Origin: Pseudomonadales bacterium
GTDB lineage: Bacteria; Pseudomonadota; Gammaproteobacteria; Pseudomonadales; DC-out160
Direction of reading: 5' to 3'
Assembly (NCBI GenBank): GCA_019090455.1
Contig: JAHRWA010000010.1
Coordinates: 211,366 to 275,365 of the forward strand
DNA length: 64,000 bases
The first letter of the stretch is position 1. Each line of letters opens with the position of its first letter. Below are positions 60,279-64,000 of the stretch, piece by piece. The translations under genes were made by a program, and so were the position numbers. The notes beneath the pieces are model-generated. The model worked only from the letters and a program-made list of their open reading frames with translations. It ran no database searches and was not told the DNA's origin.

Positions 60279-60617
60279 TTAATTATGTCTACTCACCCTT
60301 AGACTCATATTTAACAAAAAAAACCGAACAAACTGTTGCCTACCTTAATTTGGCATCCCATATAATCTGCCCTCCCTCACCATGGATAGCCAAATTTACG
60401 AGACAAATATATTAGCTTCATATACTTGACTTGGGAGTCTGCACGTCTTTCTTGCATTACGCAAATTGTTTGGCTTTAAGCACCGCAAAGCAATCGCAGG
60501 GGGTATTTGATTGCCCCACGCTTAGTTTAGTAACCGAATCAAATACATCTATTTTCGAATAAGTTAGCTCTCATCAACACAGCTCAAATATAACAATAAC
60601 TCTAGACAATAATAGCC

Positions 60618-61451
60618 TTAAGCAACATGAACAACGCGAGACCTTTTATCAAATCTAGAAGTCGAACCAGCATAACTGCGGACAATAGGAGACAATATTT
60701 CACTCACTTTATTGAGCAAATTAACATGGCTAGTATTGATAAAGAAATGATCACCATCAAAGAGCTGCATACTAAACTCTCTACAAGTTTGATACACCCA
60801 ATCTTCAAGGTGTCTAGCAGTCACTCCCCCATCATCAATACCACCGAATGCCGTGATCGGAACTTCAAGTGGTTTATCGTCAATATATTTCCATGTTTCA
60901 ATCAACTTGATATCAGCTCTCAAAATTGGACTCACTAGCTCCATCAACTCGGGATGTTCCAGAGCTTCATCTGGCGTACCATTTAGCTTCTTAATTTCTT
61001 CAATAAAGTCTTCTTCAGATAAACGATGAATCGACCTATGACTTGAATCAATTTGAGGTGCACACCTTCCTGAAACGAACAACTGCACCGGTGACACTTC
61101 AGAACATTGACGTAGCCTGCGTGTGAGTTCAAATGCAACCTGGGCTCCCATACTGTGACCAAAAAATGCAAAAGGCACATCGAAGTGCGGGGTAAACTCC
61201 TGAACCAAGGCATCAAGCAACAAGTTCATACTCGTCAACGATGGTTCTCGAAAACGCGTACCGCGACCGGGTAACTGTACGCTGCAGACTTCAACCCCAT
61301 TCGGTACCTGATTACACCAGTCCCGGAATGTACTGGCACTTCCGCCAGCATAGGAAAAGCAGAACAATCTAACAGTCGGATTTTCTACTCTTTTTTGAAC
61401 GTGAAACCACGGGCTTTGATACAAGCTCTTGGATACATGATGATTACTCAT
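60618..61451 (-). CDS. Type II (editing) thioesterase
   Basis: LFCFSYAGGSAS, QLPGRGTR, FFGHSMG, LRAD, GDHFF. Confidence 0.9.
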   Translation of the reverse strand: MSNHHVSKSLYQSPWFHVQKRVENPTVRLFCFSYAGGSASTFRDWCNQVPNGVEVCSVQLPGRGTRFREPSLTSMNLLLDALVQEFTPHFDVPFAFFGHSMGAQVAFELTRRLRQCSEVSPVQLFVSGRCAPQIDSSHRSIHRLSEEDFIEEIKKLNGTPDEALEHPELMELVSPILRADIKLIETWKYIDDKPLEVPITAFGGIDDGGVTARHLEDWVYQTCREFSMQLFDGDHFFINTSHVNLLNKVSEILSPIVRSYAGSTSRFDKRSRVVHVA

Positions 61452-61780
61452 TTGACTTTCCCTTAATAACTTTATTTTTTTTGTTTTAAGTTATTATTTT
61501 AGCTATTTTATACTTTGTATATACGAAGAGGCCTTGAGCGTTCCCGACATCCGTATAAATTATATTTGCTCACCTACACAGCTCGATTAACTGGGCCGTG
61601 AAAATCACTGTATCGCTAATGAGCCACCATTAAACTGGACCTTAAGTGTGTAGTCAATTTTTTCCTGTTGGGTTATGGTAATCGCAAGATTAGTGTTTAC
61701 TTACATCAAGTAACAATCAATTTACTCAAACCCCTAACCCAAAAAACGCTAACGATTTACTTGTATTGCAGCTAGCAATA

Positions 61781-63055
61781 TTAGCTTGCTATCTGTGCTT
61801 GAAACCCTTTTTCAAATGCTCTTTTTGCTATTTCTAAGCCCTGCTCAAGCACTTTCATCGGAATATTCAGGGGCGGCAAAAACTTAACCACTTGACCATT
61901 TCGCCCTGCACTTTCCAGAATCAAGCCGTTTTCGAAACAATTCATCAAAATATCATTAACTAAGCTCTCATCTTGCAACTGACTCAGATCCACCCCCCAT
62001 ATCATACCAATACCCCGCACCTCGATACGCGGATCTAATACGGCTATAGATTTCTTAAGGAAATTTTCAATGACTCGCATTTTTTGGGAAACTTGACTTG
62101 CTATATTCTCGTCATGCCAGATTTTTATCGCTGCTTCACCGCCAACAAATGCGAGCTGGTTCCCACGAAAAGTCCCGTTGTGTTCTCCAGGCAGCCAATT
62201 ATCAAGTTCAGGTTTAATTAGCACCAACGCTAGAGGAAGACCATATCCACTAATCGACTTCGATAGCGTCACCATGTCTGGCTGAATACCGGCACGCTCA
62301 AATGAGAAAAAGTCACCCGTTCTACCGCAACCTACTTGAATGTCATCCACTATCAGCAACATATCATGTTTATCACAGACGGCGCGTAACCCGTGCAGCC
62401 ACTCAGTAGGGGCGACGATAACACCTCCTTCCGCCTGCACTGTCTCAACTATGACCGCAGCAGGGACTTCGACTCCAGAATTAGGATCACTCAACACTTG
62501 ATCCATGTACTCAATCGTGTTGAGATTTTTCATATAGCCGTAGGGGTAAGGCATAAAGGTAACGTTATTCAAGGGTGTCCCAGCCCCCTCTCGATTGAAC
62601 TTATTGCCAGTGACCGACAAAGCCCCTGCAGTCATTCCGTGAAACCCACCTTGAAAGGCGATAATGCCAGTTCGACCTTTGTTTTTTCTAGCCAGCTTCA
62701 TCGCAGCTTCAACTGCATTGGTTCCAGTTGGACCACAAAACTGAGTTTTATAATGATAACCCCGGGGTTTCAAAATCAATTCATGCAAGGCAACCAAGAA
62801 GCTACGCTTTGCACTCGTAAACAGGTCAAGACCGTGGATGATATTATCTGACTGAAGGTATTCAATCAGTTTATCTTTAATCAGATCGTGGTTGTGCCCG
62901 TAATTGAGAGCACCAGCACCGGCAAAAAAATCTATATACTCCCTACCCTGCTCATCGGTCAGAATAGAGCCTTTTGCCTTAGTAAATACCACAGGATACG
63001 ACCGACAATACGAGCGAACTTGTGATTCGTAATCATTGAATACATCGGTATTCAT
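61781..63055 (-). CDS. Diaminobutyrate--2-oxoglutarate transaminase (EctB-like)
   Basis: ESQVRSYCRS, DFFAGAGALNYGHN, GPTGTNAVEAA, DDIQVGCGRTG, SKS, PGEHNGTFRGN; likely start ATG 63055 with GAGG RBS. Confidence 0.9.
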   Translation of the reverse strand: MNTDVFNDYESQVRSYCRSYPVVFTKAKGSILTDEQGREYIDFFAGAGALNYGHNHDLIKDKLIEYLQSDNIIHGLDLFTSAKRSFLVALHELILKPRGYHYKTQFCGPTGTNAVEAAMKLARKNKGRTGIIAFQGGFHGMTAGALSVTGNKFNREGAGTPLNNVTFMPYPYGYMKNLNTIEYMDQVLSDPNSGVEVPAAVIVETVQAEGGVIVAPTEWLHGLRAVCDKHDMLLIVDDIQVGCGRTGDFFSFERAGIQPDMVTLSKSISGYGLPLALVLIKPELDNWLPGEHNGTFRGNQLAFVGGEAAIKIWHDENIASQVSQKMRVIENFLKKSIAVLDPRIEVRGIGMIWGVDLSQLQDESLVNDILMNCFENGLILESAGRNGQVVKFLPPLNIPMKVLEQGLEIAKRAFEKGFQAQIAS

Positions 63056-63472
63056 AGCAACAGCCTCGTTTGTTTTTATTATTTGTCTAAAGATTCTCAT
63101 TAAAAATCGATGCTTCGCCGATTATCACACTAATAGAGCCATAACAAAATGGTGAAGGCAACATTCTCAACAGGCTTTAAAGGCTGCGCCGGGCTCTTGT
63201 AACTCAGATAGAAGAAGAAACAAAAAAATTCCCTTCAAGACCCCTATTTCAGAAACCTATGAGCAGCACATTCCAATATTTAAAGTTTACGGTATTTCAA
63301 CAGCTTATAAAGCTTTCAGTCAATAGACGTAAGCTAGAACCCATCATCTCCAACAAGACAATGACAACCAACCCATCAGCCGGCAGTGATAACCTTTGTC
63401 ATTTAAGACACAAAGCGTTTACAAGAATCCACAGGATTAACACCAAATATTCAAGCGAATTAACCGTCCAAT

Positions 63473-63679
63473 CTAGCTTTTCTGCTTGTTGCGTATGCTT
63501 GTCACTACTTCACCCCCAATCCCCCAGTTATCGGTACTCACCTCATCTATCACCACCACAGTGGTAGCGGGGTTTTTATGTAACACATCGACCATTAACT
63601 GTGTTACCCCTTGAATCAATTTCGCTTTCTGCTCCGGTGTTACACCTTCATCGGTTATTTTGATATTAATGTAGGGCAT
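63473..63679 (-). CDS. 4-oxalocrotonate tautomerase family protein
   Basis: Catalytic Pro1 (MPYINIK), EQKAKLI, NWGIGG; AGGAG RBS. Confidence 0.9.
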   Translation of the reverse strand: MPYINIKITDEGVTPEQKAKLIQGVTQLMVDVLHKNPATTVVVIDEVSTDNWGIGGEVVTSIRNKQKS

Positions 63680-63707
63680 AGTAATCTCCTTAATTGGCTC
63701 ATTTTAT

Positions 63708-64000
63708 TTATGGATGGTCCGATTTCTTTTTCATTTTTTGGGTGCCGAAAGAAAGCAATTTTTCATTAACTACCCGGCTGTGGGACAACCACGCCCCTAC
63801 ACTGACCAAAATCAACCCAAGCACCAGTGATCGTGTGGCCGACTCATCAAAAACGATTAAAGCAGACACCCCAGAAAATACCGGGACAAATGCCATCATC
63901 GCGCCAGTGGAAGCGGGACCTATCAGCTGAATCGCCCTAGTGTACAAAATCATTTGAATGATCGTTGCCAGCACACCCTGATAAAACGCTTGAATTAAGA
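63708..64000 (-). CDS. DMT/EamA family transporter, 3' part (starts beyond window end)
   Basis: YTRAIQLIGPA, VPVF..L..DE, GLILVSVG. Confidence 0.78.
   Translation of the reverse strand, partial: LIQAFYQGVLATIIQMILYTRAIQLIGPASTGAMMAFVPVFSGVSALIVFDESATRSLVLGLILVSVGAWLSHSRVVNEKLLSFGTQKMKKKSDHP

Noticed and set aside
61781..63100. Ectoine biosynthesis operon (ectB)
   Set aside because: No ectA upstream or ectC downstream and the neighbour is a thioesterase, so the gene symbol was withheld.
63259..63567. 102-aa plus-strand ORF
   Set aside because: Overlaps the tautomerase gene antisense; no motif or clear RBS.

Overview
A 64-kb chromosomal segment of an AT-leaning Gammaproteobacterium; the Pseudomonas/Oceanospirillales-type TCA gene order suggests the clade and a marine origin is only a guess. 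The housekeeping core is prmB (partial), folE, gpsA-sixA-acyl-CoA ligase-TraB/GumN, htpG with a clear sigma32 promoter, and gltA divergent from sdhCDAB-sucAB-lpdA-sucCD. Five accessory elements stand out. (1) A six-gene operon at 3.1-6.7 kb encodes an Imm11-like immunity protein, a caspase-like CHAT protease with an intact His/Cys dyad, PepSY/YcdB-like proteins and a secreted protein; this is the best candidate for an undescribed protease/inhibitor conflict system. (2) A DUF2760 gene precedes twin atypical Hsp70 genes. (3) A Tad/Flp pilus locus has an FHA-fused ATPase, a second FHA-TM-TPR protein and a divergent Ser/Thr kinase, suggesting a phospho-regulated, Kil-like Tad machine. (4) An RND pump ends in an acidic domain that aligns without gaps to ribosome modulation factor. 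(5) A diaminobutyrate aminotransferase and a type II thioesterase are co-oriented with that pump, with no NRPS or ectA/ectC nearby. No tRNA, rRNA, CRISPR array or transposase was recognised. All family calls come from motif recognition by eye, not from database searches.
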